From an uncultured Erythrobacter sp. (GTDB lineage: Bacteria; Pseudomonadota; Alphaproteobacteria; Sphingomonadales; Sphingomonadaceae): a stretch of DNA of 64,000 nucleotides. Shown piece by piece: positions 19,185 to 28,862 of this stretch (position 1 is its first letter; each line of letters starts with the position of its first letter). The DNA lies in NCBI RefSeq assembly GCF_947499705.1, contig NZ_CANMPJ010000002.1, positions 676,688 through 740,687 on the forward strand. Reading direction: 5' to 3'. The position numbers and the translations under genes are program-made. The notes under the pieces are model-generated. The model was not told the origin of the DNA, made no database searches, and was given only the letters and a program-made list of their open reading frames with translations.

Positions 19185-21944
19185 TCAGGCGTTCTCGTGC
19201 TCGCGCTGCCGCTGATCGCTGGCGGCATCCAACAACATGGCTTCGATCTCCGCCAGCCTGTCGGGTGCAGTGATCTTCGCGCCCGTCAGGTCCGTCACAT
19301 AAAACGTGTCGGCGGCGCTTTCGCCATAGGCTGTGATGTGTGCGGACTGGACCATCAGATTGGCACGGTAAAGTGCGTGGGCGAGCCTGTTGAGCAGAGC
19401 CGGACGGTCGCGTGCGGTTACTTCGACCACCGTAAAATTGTTCGAAGCGGTGTTGTCGAAATTCACGTTCGGCGCGACTTCAAATGCCTTTGCGCGCGAA
19501 TGCGATAGCGGGCGCGCGGCGAGCTTGGGCACCAGCTCCACTTGCGCCAACAGCGCGTCGCGGATGCCTTTCTTGAGGCGCGCAATCTGGCTGTCCTCGC
19601 GGAAGGGTTCGCCGTGCAGGTCCTGCACCAGGAAATTGTCTACCGCGTAGCCGTTCATCGCGGTGTGAATACGGGCATCAATGATGTTTGCACCAGCGAG
19701 ATGGATCCCGCCGGCGATGCGGTAGAACAGGCCCGGATGGTCCGCGGCGATCACGCTGACCAAAGTCGCACCGCGTTCTTCGTCGGCTTCGCAATGAATC
19801 GACAGGTGCTCTTCGATCCGCTGTGCTTCCTCATACTGGATGAAGTTCTTGGCGATGATATCCTCGGGTTCGGCGATCCAATAGGCGTCGCTCATCATCT
19901 CGCCGACTTCGTCGATCAGGCCCGCTTTCTGGCCCAGAATCGCAGCGACGCCAGCCTTCTTGGCGTGAACGCGCTCGGCACGGCCATGGCGCTTATGACC
20001 CAGACGCAGACGTTCTTGCGCCGCGTCATAGAGTTCGCCGAGCAGCTGGCCTTTCCAGCTGTTCCATGTGCCTGGGCCGACTGCGCGAATGTCCACAGCC
20101 GTCAGGATCGCGAGATTGCGCAGACGATCAACGGTCTTCACCTCGGCCACGAAATCCTCGATCGTCTTGGGATCGGTCAGATCGCGCTTTTGCGCGGTCG
20201 AGCTCATCAGCAAATGTTGCAACACCAGCCACGCAACCAGCTCAGTTTCCTTCTGATCCAGCCCGAAACGCGGGCAGAGTTCATGTGCGACTTCCGCTCC
20301 GAGCACGGAATGATCACCGCCGCGCCCCTTGGCGATGTCGTGCAACAGCACGGCAACGAACAGCGCCCGGCGCGAGGCAACCTTGTGAATCTGCTTGGTC
20401 GCGCGCGGATGGTCTTTTGCGAGCAATCCGCGCTCGATTTGTGAAAGCAAGCCAATCGCGCGGATCGTGTGCTCGTCGACTGTGTAATGGTGATACATGT
20501 CGAACTGCATCTGCGCATTGACCCGCCCAAAGTCTGGCACGAACCGGCCGAACACGCCCGCTTCGTTCATCCAGCGCAGCGCCGATTCCGGATCCTTGCG
20601 TCCGCCGAGCAAGTCGAGGAACAGCGCGTTAGCCCGCTTGTCCTTGCGGACTGTGGCCTTGATCAGTTTCGAATCCCGATCTGCTTGCCGCATCGTATCG
20701 GGATGCACTTCGAGCCCTTCGGCTTCGGCCAGCTGAAATATCTCAATTAGCCGAACCGGGTCCTTGTGGAACCAGTCGTCGCTTGGTGCCTTGATCCGTC
20801 CGCCATCGACGACGTAGCCTTTGAGCACGCGCGGCTTCGTGTTCCAGCCTGCGAAGAACCCGCCGCGCACGCGTTTTTTGGCGAATTCCTCGTCGAGATG
20901 CGACAGGAAAACACCGGTCAGATTGCCGACGCGTTTTACCTGCAGGAAATAGAACTGCATGAAACGTTCGACCGCGCTTTTGCCGGGTCGATCGGCGAAG
21001 TTCATGCGCGCCGCGACTTCACGCTGCAGATCGAACGTCAGGCGGTCTTCGGCGCGGTCCGTTATCGTGTGCATGTGGCTGCGCACGGCGAGCAGGAACC
21101 CTTCGGCGCGGCGGAAACTGCGATATTCGGTTGGGGTCAGCAGCCCAACGCCAACCAGTTCAGCAGCGGTTTCGGCGCGGTGAATATACTTGCCGATCCA
21201 ATACAGCGTCTGAAGGTCGCGCAGTCCGCCCTTGCCGTCTTTTACATTGGGTTCGACGACATAGCGGCTGTCGCCCATGCGCTTGTGCCGCTGGTTTCGC
21301 TCTTCCAGCTTTTGCGTCAGGAACAGCCGCTCGCTGCCTTTCACGACATCGGTCCAGAAGCGCTGGCGCAGTTCCTCGTAAAGCTCCTGATCGCCCCACA
21401 CCAACCTGCCTTCGAGCAGTGCGGTGCGGATGGTCAGGTCTTCCTTCGCCATGGTCATGCTGTCGGCGATGGTGCGGCTCGACTGGCCGACTTTAAGGCC
21501 AAGGTCCCACAGCAGATAAAGCATCGCCTCGATCACCTGCTCGCACCACGGCGCGCGCTTCATCGGGGTGATGAAGGCGATGTCGACATCGGAATGCGGC
21601 GCCATTTCGGCGCGGCCATATCCGCCGACCGCCAGGATCGCGAGCCGCTCTGCCGCGGTGCGATTGGGCACCGGGTAGACGTGCTCAACTATGTAGTCGT
21701 GAATGACCCGCACGATCTGATCGACCAGGAACGAATGGCCATGGACGCATTCGTAGCCTGCGGACGGTTTCTCCGCGAGCCGCCGAGCGAGTTCAGCGCG
21801 GCCATTGTCGAGCGCGTCTCGCAGCGCTTCCAGTATTGCCGGGCGAGCCTCCTCGCCTTGCTCCTCGGCAAGTGCCGAGATGGCCTCGGCCAGTGCACGG
21901 CGATCCAGGATCGCGCGCTGATTGGGGACGCGCCGCGTGCTCAT
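19185..21944 (-). CDS. glnD: [Protein-PII] uridylyltransferase
   Basis: AVGGYGRAEMAPHSDVD, EPNVKDGKGGLRD, HHYTVDEH, HD domain, two ACT domains. Confidence 0.97.
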   Translation of the reverse strand: MSTRRVPNQRAILDRRALAEAISALAEEQGEEARPAILEALRDALDNGRAELARRLAEKPSAGYECVHGHSFLVDQIVRVIHDYIVEHVYPVPNRTAAERLAILAVGGYGRAEMAPHSDVDIAFITPMKRAPWCEQVIEAMLYLLWDLGLKVGQSSRTIADSMTMAKEDLTIRTALLEGRLVWGDQELYEELRQRFWTDVVKGSERLFLTQKLEERNQRHKRMGDSRYVVEPNVKDGKGGLRDLQTLYWIGKYIHRAETAAELVGVGLLTPTEYRSFRRAEGFLLAVRSHMHTITDRAEDRLTFDLQREVAARMNFADRPGKSAVERFMQFYFLQVKRVGNLTGVFLSHLDEEFAKKRVRGGFFAGWNTKPRVLKGYVVDGGRIKAPSDDWFHKDPVRLIEIFQLAEAEGLEVHPDTMRQADRDSKLIKATVRKDKRANALFLDLLGGRKDPESALRWMNEAGVFGRFVPDFGRVNAQMQFDMYHHYTVDEHTIRAIGLLSQIERGLLAKDHPRATKQIHKVASRRALFVAVLLHDIAKGRGGDHSVLGAEVAHELCPRFGLDQKETELVAWLVLQHLLMSSTAQKRDLTDPKTIEDFVAEVKTVDRLRNLAILTAVDIRAVGPGTWNSWKGQLLGELYDAAQERLRLGHKRHGRAERVHAKKAGVAAILGQKAGLIDEVGEMMSDAYWIAEPEDIIAKNFIQYEEAQRIEEHLSIHCEADEERGATLVSVIAADHPGLFYRIAGGIHLAGANIIDARIHTAMNGYAVDNFLVQDLHGEPFREDSQIARLKKGIRDALLAQVELVPKLAARPLSHSRAKAFEVAPNVNFDNTASNNFTVVEVTARDRPALLNRLAHALYRANLMVQSAHITAYGESAADTFYVTDLTGAKITAPDRLAEIEAMLLDAASDQRQREHENA

Positions 21945-21986
21945 CGGTTCAACCTCAACGGTGTCGGCGAGACGCGGCGCGGTGCA

Positions 21987-23708
21987 TCATGCCGCGACGA
22001 GCTTCTTCGTGTATTCTTCGCGCAGCGTCTTCTTGTCGATCTTCTGGGTGCCCAGGCGCGGAAGCACATCGGTGACGACCCAGATATGCTCTTCCAGTGG
22101 CACCTTGAACGGAGCGATCCGGGTGAGCAGGAATTCGCGCAGCTGAGCTGGGCTCATCGCATCACGACCCGGCTTGGTCCGGAACACCGCCGCCGGGACT
22201 TCACCCATACGCTCATCAGGCAGGCCAAAGACGGAGCATTCGGCCATATCGTCGTGCGCGTAGACGGCGTCTTCCACTTCGATGCATGAGATGTTCTCGC
22301 CGCCGCGAATGATGATGTCTTTTTTGCGGTCGACGATGAAGAGGTACTCGTCTTCGTCGAGATAGCCGAGATCGCCGGTTCGGAAATACTGATCGTCGGT
22401 GAAGGCGGCGTCTGTCGCTTCATCGTTGTTCCAATAGCCGCGGAAGTTGGCGACCGAGCGGATGCACACCTCGCCGACATCGCCCTGAGGCAGCTTGTTC
22501 CCATCATCGTCGAGGATCGCGAGATCGACCATCGGCACGCTGGCTTTGCCGGTCGATCCGGGCTTGGCGATGTAGTTCTCGTTGAAATTGCCGCAGCCCA
22601 CCGCGTTCGTTTCAGTCAATCCGTAGCCAAGTAGCGGGAAGCCTTCGGGGAACGCTTCCTTGATCTTGGTGACGTGCTCAACCGGGCGCGGAGCGCCGCC
22701 AGCGGCGAAGCTCTTACACGCCGACAGGTCGTATTTCTCGCGGTCGGGGTGGCTGGCGATTTCATAGCTCATCAGCGGAACGCCGACGAAATAGGTCACC
22801 TTTTCTTCGGCCATCAAACGGAGCGCTTCGCCACCATTCCATTTCGGCATCAATACCAGCTTGCGCGCAATCGCATAGCTTTGCAGGAACAGCGGCACTT
22901 CGCCGGTCACGTGGAACAGCGGAACGGCGACCAGAGCCGACGGCTGGGCCGAAAGATCTTGGCCTTGGCTCTCAAGCAGCAGTTTGGCCATCGCGCTTTG
23001 AGCGACATAGTTCATCACGCCGTGCACGACGCCGCGATGATCGGACCATGCACCCTTGGATTTGCCGGTCGAGCCCGAGGTATAGAGGATGCTCGCAATA
23101 TCGTCTGGCCCGATTTGGCCGAGCATGGCCATCGCAACAGCCGGAGCATCTGCGCCCGGTACGGCCCAGCAATTGGCGAGACCCTCTGCGGGGGCTGAAT
23201 CATGACCGATCATCACGATCTTGGCGCCATGTTCGTGGCCTTCCAAGCGTTTGGCGCGGCCTTCATCGGCGAGCACGATTTTGCACTCGGCCAGATCGAT
23301 GCCGTAAGCCAGCTCTTCGCCCGACCAGAAACCGTTGAGCAAGGTCGCGCAGCCGCCGGCCATCACGATGCCCATATAGCCGATGATCCAGTTACTGGAG
23401 TTGCGTGCTGCAATTCCGACACGGTCGCCTTTTTCAAGGCCATGCTGCGTCGCGAGACCCTGAGCCACGCACACCGCGGCAGCGTAGGATTCGCCGAACG
23501 TCATCCGGATATCGCCATCGACCAGGAAGGGGACATCCTTATGCTCGTTGCAGAAATGCGCGAAGTAATGCGCCAATGTAGGCGGAGCGACGGCGAATGC
23601 GGGCATTTCCGCTCCGCCGCGTTCGAATGGAACGGTTGCAAACGGCTGGCCTTCCTTGGTCAGCTCTCCGATGATTGCTTCAAGCGCAGTGTCCAACTGG
23701 GTGGGCAT
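21987..23708 (-). CDS. Class I adenylate-forming enzyme (long-chain acyl-CoA ligase-like)
   Basis: YTSGSTGKSKG, YGLTET, FRTGDLG, RGGENI. Confidence 0.93.
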   Translation of the reverse strand: MPTQLDTALEAIIGELTKEGQPFATVPFERGGAEMPAFAVAPPTLAHYFAHFCNEHKDVPFLVDGDIRMTFGESYAAAVCVAQGLATQHGLEKGDRVGIAARNSSNWIIGYMGIVMAGGCATLLNGFWSGEELAYGIDLAECKIVLADEGRAKRLEGHEHGAKIVMIGHDSAPAEGLANCWAVPGADAPAVAMAMLGQIGPDDIASILYTSGSTGKSKGAWSDHRGVVHGVMNYVAQSAMAKLLLESQGQDLSAQPSALVAVPLFHVTGEVPLFLQSYAIARKLVLMPKWNGGEALRLMAEEKVTYFVGVPLMSYEIASHPDREKYDLSACKSFAAGGAPRPVEHVTKIKEAFPEGFPLLGYGLTETNAVGCGNFNENYIAKPGSTGKASVPMVDLAILDDDGNKLPQGDVGEVCIRSVANFRGYWNNDEATDAAFTDDQYFRTGDLGYLDEDEYLFIVDRKKDIIIRGGENISCIEVEDAVYAHDDMAECSVFGLPDERMGEVPAAVFRTKPGRDAMSPAQLREFLLTRIAPFKVPLEEHIWVVTDVLPRLGTQKIDKKTLREEYTKKLVAA

Positions 23709-23879
23709 GCAGAATTCTCTCCTAATCGACTTTGCAAGTCTGTTCGACAGCGCCGCCTCTTAGCGGCACCTGAATAATGACGGCTCGCGTCAGGCTTCCC
23801 CCAAACCATTCGCTGTGCCACAAGCCGCCCGGCAAGCCTGCCGATACGGCACGGCTAACGCTATTAAGAGGTTCGCTTC

Positions 23880-24788
23880 GTGCTGTCACTACTTGCTGCA
23901 AGCGGCGCTGCCGATCCGATTTACTGGTCGGATCTGGGGCTGAAGCCGGGGATCGATATCTTCGGGTTTTTCACGCTGCGCTTCTACTCGTTGGCCTATC
24001 TGATCGGGGTGATTTTTGCCTATTGGCACACGCTGAAAGCGCTTAAGACGCCCGGTGCGCCGATGGCGCAGCGCCATGCCGACGATCTGTTCTTCTATTG
24101 CACGCTCGGCGTGATCCTGGGTGGACGGCTGGGTTACGCCGCGTTCTATACCGGCGGTGACACCGGCATTCCGAGCGCCTTCACCGACTTTTCGGGCGAA
24201 GGCTTTGTCAGTTGGAAGCTATTACGCATGTGGGATGGCGGGATGAGCTTTCATGGCGGGCTTGTCGGGGTGGTCGTGGCGATCATCTTTGTGACCTGGC
24301 GCGACAAGCTGAATTTCCTGCGCGTGTGCGACTACATCGCCGTCAGTGTGCCGATGGGCATGCTGCTCGGGCGGCTGGCGAACTTCAACAACGGTGAATT
24401 GTGGGGCCGCGTGACCGATGTGTCGTGGGGCATGGTGTTTCCGGGTGCTGACGAAGTGCCGCGCCACCCCAGCCAGCTCTATCAGGCTGGGCTCGAAGGT
24501 TTGGCGCTGCTCGTGATCTTGCTCGTGCTGTTTTGGAAGACCAAGGCGCGTTATCGCCCGGGTCTGCTTGTCGGTGTTTTCACGCTCGGTATGGGAGTGG
24601 CGCGCTTTGTTAACGAATTTTTCCGTCAACCGGATGCACAATTGGCTGACTTTGCAGTTCAAACCGGGCTATCGATGGGGCAATGGCTGTCAGTACCGCT
24701 GATCTTGATTGGATTGATTGTCACGCTTTACGCGGTGACCCGCAAGCCGGTTGGCACGGGCGCGGGGAGCACTCCGCAGACGGCCTGA
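23880..24788 (+). CDS. lgt: Prolipoprotein diacylglyceryl transferase
   Basis: GGRLGY, WDGGMSFHGG, GRLANF.NGELWGR, RHPSQLY, EFFRQPD. Confidence 0.96.
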   Translation: MLSLLAASGAADPIYWSDLGLKPGIDIFGFFTLRFYSLAYLIGVIFAYWHTLKALKTPGAPMAQRHADDLFFYCTLGVILGGRLGYAAFYTGGDTGIPSAFTDFSGEGFVSWKLLRMWDGGMSFHGGLVGVVVAIIFVTWRDKLNFLRVCDYIAVSVPMGMLLGRLANFNNGELWGRVTDVSWGMVFPGADEVPRHPSQLYQAGLEGLALLVILLVLFWKTKARYRPGLLVGVFTLGMGVARFVNEFFRQPDAQLADFAVQTGLSMGQWLSVPLILIGLIVTLYAVTRKPVGTGAGSTPQTA

Positions 24789-26839
24789 ACGCCGGCCTGA
24801 TCCTCGACGACGATCCGCGCCTGTGGCGTCCCAAACTTACGCTGATTGAACCGGACGGCACCGAGGCTTTGGTGCTGAGTCTGGCTGAAGCTGGGGCGAA
24901 ACCCGCTGCCGACGCCAAAGTCGAAGCTGAGAAAGTGGCAAAGGCTGCTGCGGAAAAAGCGAGAGCCGAAGCAGAGGCTGCGGCTCAGGCAAAGGCAGAA
25001 GAAGAGGCCAAAGCCAAGGCAGCGGCCGAGAAGGCGAAGAAAGAAGCAGAGGCTAAGGCCAAAGCGGACGCCGAAGCGAAAGCGAAAAAAGAGGCCGAGG
25101 AGAAGGCGAAGGCTGAAGCGGAAGCTAAGGCCAAGGCGGCAGCTGAAGCGGCGGCAGCGGCCAAGGCCAAGAAAGAAGCGGAAGCTGCGGCGAAAAAGAA
25201 AGCTGCCGCTGAGGCCAAAGCCAAGAAGGAGGCCGAAGCAAAGGCTGCGGCTGAAGCGAAGGCCAAGAAGGAAGCCGAAGAGAAAGCCAAAGCCGAAGCG
25301 CGCGCCAAGGCCGTCGCCGAAGCAGAGGTTCGCGCCAAGGCAGAAGAGGCCGCGGCTGAGGCAGCAGCAAAGGCAGAAGCCAAGCGAAAGGCCGAGGCCA
25401 AGGCGAAGGCCGCCGCAGAGGCCAAAGCCAGGAAAGACGCGGAAGAAAAGGCGAAGCGCGAGGCCGAGGAAAAAGCCAAAGCCGAGGCTGAAGCCAAGGC
25501 CAAGCAAGAGGCCGAGAAGAAGGCGAAAGCCGAGGCGGCAGCAAAAGCGAAAGCTGAAAAGGAAGCAGCGGCCAAGGCCAAGAAAGAAGCGGAAGCCGCA
25601 GCGAAAAAGAAGGCTGCGGCCGAGGCCAAGGCCAAGAAAGAAGCGGAAGCTGCGGCGAAAAAGAAAGCTGCTGCCGAGGCCAAAGCCAAGAAGGAAGCCG
25701 AAGCAAAGGCTGCGGCTGAAGCAAAGGCCAAGAAGGAAGCCGAAGAGAAAGCTGCCGCTGAAGCCAAGGCCAAGGAAGAAGCGGAGCGCGCCAAGGCCGA
25801 AAATCTCGGCGAAACTTTCCGCCGCCTGATCCGCGAAACCGGCCCTATCAGCCTCGCGCAATATATGGGTGAGAGTAACGCGCGCTATTATGCGAGCCGT
25901 GATCCGCTCGGCGAAGAAGGCGATTTCATCACAGCGCCCGAAGTCAGCCAGATGTTCGGCGAGCTGGTCGGTCTATGGCTGGCCGATCTGTGGGTGAAGA
26001 TGGGCCAGTCGGACAACATCCACTATGTCGAGCTCGGCCCGGGTCGCGGGACGCTGACCAAGGATGTGTTGCGCGCTGCCAGTAAATACGGTTTCGACCC
26101 GCATCTGCACTTTGTCGAAGGCTCGATCGAGCTGCGCAAGATTCAGCGTCAGGCCTTCCCGGCGGTCCGGTTCCATAACGATCTGTCGACGCTACCCGAA
26201 GACCGCCCGCTGCTGATTGTCGCAAACGAATTCTTCGACGCGCTGCCTGTTCACCAGCTGGTTCGCTCCGCTCAAGGCTGGCATGAGCGGATGGTCGGGC
26301 TGGACGATGACCGTTTCGTGTTCGTCGCTGGCGACAAGCCGATGGACTCGGTCGTGCCGACCAGCTGGAAGAACGCTTCGCAAGGCTCGATGATCGAAAC
26401 CAGTCCGGCGGCGGCAACGGTGATGGCCGAGATTGCACAGCGTCTGACCAACCAGGGCGGCGCCGCGCTGATCATGGATTACGGCCCGACCGAACTGCGT
26501 GCGGGTTCAACGCTCCAGGCGCTCAAGAAGCACAAGAAGGTCGATCCGCTCACGCATCCCGGCGAGGCCGACCTGACCGCGCATGTCGATTTCGAGATGC
26601 TGCAGGAAGTCGCGGCCAAAAATGGTGCCGATGTGATGGGCCTGCAAATGCAGGGCGAATGGCTCCGCCAGATGGGGATCGATGTCCGGCACGAAGCGCT
26701 CAAGCGCAAATCGCCCGGAGAGGCCGACAAGCTGGATCGGCAATACGACCGGCTGGTCGCCGACGATCAAATGGGTGCATTGTTCAAGGTGCTTGGCATT
26801 TGCGGGCGGCGCTGGCCGTTTGGAGTCGGCTTCGACTGA
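24785..26839 (+). CDS. MidA/NDUFAF7-family SAM-dependent methyltransferase with ~300-aa N-terminal Ala/Glu/Lys repeat extension
   Basis: GDFITAPEVSQMFGE, VELGPGRGTL, ANEFFDALP, DLTAHVDF from about 25802; open frame continues upstream through the repeats; start codon uncertain (CTG 24785, TTG 24869 or GTG 24872). Confidence 0.88.
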   Translation: MNAGLILDDDPRLWRPKLTLIEPDGTEALVLSLAEAGAKPAADAKVEAEKVAKAAAEKARAEAEAAAQAKAEEEAKAKAAAEKAKKEAEAKAKADAEAKAKKEAEEKAKAEAEAKAKAAAEAAAAAKAKKEAEAAAKKKAAAEAKAKKEAEAKAAAEAKAKKEAEEKAKAEARAKAVAEAEVRAKAEEAAAEAAAKAEAKRKAEAKAKAAAEAKARKDAEEKAKREAEEKAKAEAEAKAKQEAEKKAKAEAAAKAKAEKEAAAKAKKEAEAAAKKKAAAEAKAKKEAEAAAKKKAAAEAKAKKEAEAKAAAEAKAKKEAEEKAAAEAKAKEEAERAKAENLGETFRRLIRETGPISLAQYMGESNARYYASRDPLGEEGDFITAPEVSQMFGELVGLWLADLWVKMGQSDNIHYVELGPGRGTLTKDVLRAASKYGFDPHLHFVEGSIELRKIQRQAFPAVRFHNDLSTLPEDRPLLIVANEFFDALPVHQLVRSAQGWHERMVGLDDDRFVFVAGDKPMDSVVPTSWKNASQGSMIETSPAAATVMAEIAQRLTNQGGAALIMDYGPTELRAGSTLQALKKHKKVDPLTHPGEADLTAHVDFEMLQEVAAKNGADVMGLQMQGEWLRQMGIDVRHEALKRKSPGEADKLDRQYDRLVADDQMGALFKVLGICGRRWPFGVGFD
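24890..25800 (+). repeat. Intragenic degenerate tandem repeats encoding AKAKKEAE.../KKKAAAE units
   Basis: AKAKKEAEAAAKKKAAAE occurs three times; a ~130-bp block near 25160-25290 recurs almost identically near 25627-25755. Confidence 0.9.
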
Positions 26840-26901
26840 GCCGGATGTAACCTTTCGTCGCATTCATGCGTACTGATCATGACTCGCCCTCGGAGAGAGC
26901 C

Positions 26902-27327
26902 ATGATTCTGCGCCATTTGTTACCCTTTGTCGCCGCGTGCTTTGCGCTTTTTGCCGCCCCTGCGAATGCGGCAGACTCAATCAACGGACGCTGGGTGACG
27001 GAGGACAAAGATGGGATCGTCCTGATTGGTAAGTGCGGCGCGAGCACTTGCGGCAAAATCGTACGTTTCCTGATCACACCGCCCGATGGCCCGGATCAGC
27101 GCGACATCTACAACCCCAACCCGAAGCTGAAGAAGCGCAAGTTGCTGGGGCTGCCGGTGCTCACCAATTTCAAGGAAGAGTCGGATTTGTGGCGCGGGAC
27201 TATCTACGATCCCAACACCGGCAAGAGCTACCGTTCCGTCATCCGGCGCAAGAGCGCAAATACGATTGAAGTCAAAGGCTGCATCGGCCCGTTCTGCCAG
27301 ACGCAGATTTGGCGCAAGGCGCGTTAG
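26902..27327 (+). CDS. DUF2147 domain secreted protein
   Basis: Signal peptide, G.W.TED, D.YNPNP..R.LLGL, W.GTIYDPNTGKSY, C.GPFC.TQ.W. Confidence 0.88.
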   Translation: MILRHLLPFVAACFALFAAPANAADSINGRWVTEDKDGIVLIGKCGASTCGKIVRFLITPPDGPDQRDIYNPNPKLKKRKLLGLPVLTNFKEESDLWRGTIYDPNTGKSYRSVIRRKSANTIEVKGCIGPFCQTQIWRKAR

Positions 27328-28862
27328 AGTCCAATCTTCGCAGCCAATTCCGCCGCCGCATCCTTTGGCGACATTTTGTCTTCATCCTCGCGATCTACGG
27401 CGTAGTTCGCCTCGCGCATCGCTTCCACGCTGATCGCGCCTACCAGCGGTTCAAGCGCAGCGATAAGCGCCTGATCTCCGGCGACGCGCGGGGACAGCAT
27501 CAGCATTGCGTCGTAGCTCGGCAGGGCTTCGCGCGGGTCTTCGAGCACCACTAACCTGTCCGCCGCGATCCGTCCGTCGGAGGTGTAGGCGCTGATCACA
27601 TCCGCCTCGCCCGAACGCAGCGCGTTGTACATGAAGGTCGGCGAGAAATTGCGCGTCTCATCAAACCGCAAGCCATACGCATCGCGCACCGCGATCCATT
27701 CGGGCCTTTCGAAGAATTCCGGATCGCCGCCCACGGTTAGTTGGCGCGCAACCGGCACCAGATCTTCAAGCGAGGTCACGCCAAGCTCCGCTGCGCGGTC
27801 TTCCCGCATCGCGAAAGCATAGGCGTTTTCGAAACCCAATCGGCCAAGCACAAGCACGCCGTTTTCGCGCATGTCCCAGGCCTTGATCTCTTCATACATT
27901 TCGTCGCGCCCGACCTGATCAGTGCGCTTCATCTCGTTGGTCCAGATCGTGCCGGTGTAATCGACCGAAGTGTCGATGCTGCTGGAGGCGACGGCGCTGT
28001 GGACCACCGCGGAGCCTAGGCCGTCGCGATACTCGACTGAGTAGCCAGCATCCTCAAGCCGCGACCCGATCAATTGCGCGAGGATATATTGCTCGGAGAA
28101 CTGCTTGGAGGCGATCACGATCGTGTCGTCGTCATCGCCGCCCGACTGATAGACTAAAGCGGCGATCAGGCCGAACGCGACGGCGACCATTCCCGCGCCA
28201 TATTGCCAGCGCGAACGGTTCGCGAGACCGCGCTCGATCAATCCGAGCAGCATGTCGACCGTCAATGCCAGTGCGGCGCTGGCGAAGCATCCGGCCAGCA
28301 CCAGCGCCCAGTTCTGCGTCTGCAATCCGGCGAAGATCGGATCGCCAAGGCTGGGCTGACCGATGGTGGTCGAGAGCGTGGCCGCCCCGATAGTCCAAAC
28401 GCTTGCTGTGCGGATGCCCGCCATCACGAACGGTGCAGAGAGCGGGGCTTCTACCAATGTGAGCTTCTGCCAGTTGGTCATGCCCACACCATCGGCTGCC
28501 TCAAGCACGCCCGGATCGAGATTGGCCTGCGCGGTAACCGCGTTTCGGAGGATCGGCAGCAAAGCATAAAGCGCCAGCGCCAGCAGGGCTGGAAGGAAAC
28601 CGAGCGTGGGCAGATCTTCGCCGAACACGGCACGCAGGCTGAGCAGGATGGGGAAGAACAACGCAAGCAACGCCAGCGCCGGAATAGTCTGGACGAGGCT
28701 CGCGAAGCCAAGCGCAATCCGCGCCACCGGCTGCGAACGGCTGCCCCAGACGGCCAGCGGCAAGGCGACGATGATGCCTAGCCCAATGGCGCTTGCTGCA
28801 AGCACAACATGCGCAGCCAGCTTGTCGCCAAGGCCAAACAGGATTTCCCAGAAGCCGCTCAT
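27324..28862 (-). CDS. Fused ABC permease / substrate-binding protein (osmoprotectant, Opu/Pro family)
   Basis: N-terminal TM domain with EAA loop, then SKQFSEQYIL, DYTGT, GFENAYAF, AYTSDGRI. Confidence 0.9.
   Translation of the reverse strand: MSGFWEILFGLGDKLAAHVVLAASAIGLGIIVALPLAVWGSRSQPVARIALGFASLVQTIPALALLALFFPILLSLRAVFGEDLPTLGFLPALLALALYALLPILRNAVTAQANLDPGVLEAADGVGMTNWQKLTLVEAPLSAPFVMAGIRTASVWTIGAATLSTTIGQPSLGDPIFAGLQTQNWALVLAGCFASAALALTVDMLLGLIERGLANRSRWQYGAGMVAVAFGLIAALVYQSGGDDDDTIVIASKQFSEQYILAQLIGSRLEDAGYSVEYRDGLGSAVVHSAVASSSIDTSVDYTGTIWTNEMKRTDQVGRDEMYEEIKAWDMRENGVLVLGRLGFENAYAFAMREDRAAELGVTSLEDLVPVARQLTVGGDPEFFERPEWIAVRDAYGLRFDETRNFSPTFMYNALRSGEADVISAYTSDGRIAADRLVVLEDPREALPSYDAMLMLSPRVAGDQALIAALEPLVGAISVEAMREANYAVDREDEDKMSPKDAAAELAAKIGL

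Noticed and set aside
20766-22289. 507-aa plus-strand ORF
   Set aside because: Antisense to glnD and the acyl-CoA ligase; no recognisable motifs; typical GC-rich shadow ORF.
24728-25861. Long minus-strand ORFs (377, 269 and 199 aa) rich in FLLGLG / ASSLA
   Set aside because: Antisense shadows of the A/E/K repeat, whose codons lack reverse-strand stops; no independent RBS or domain.
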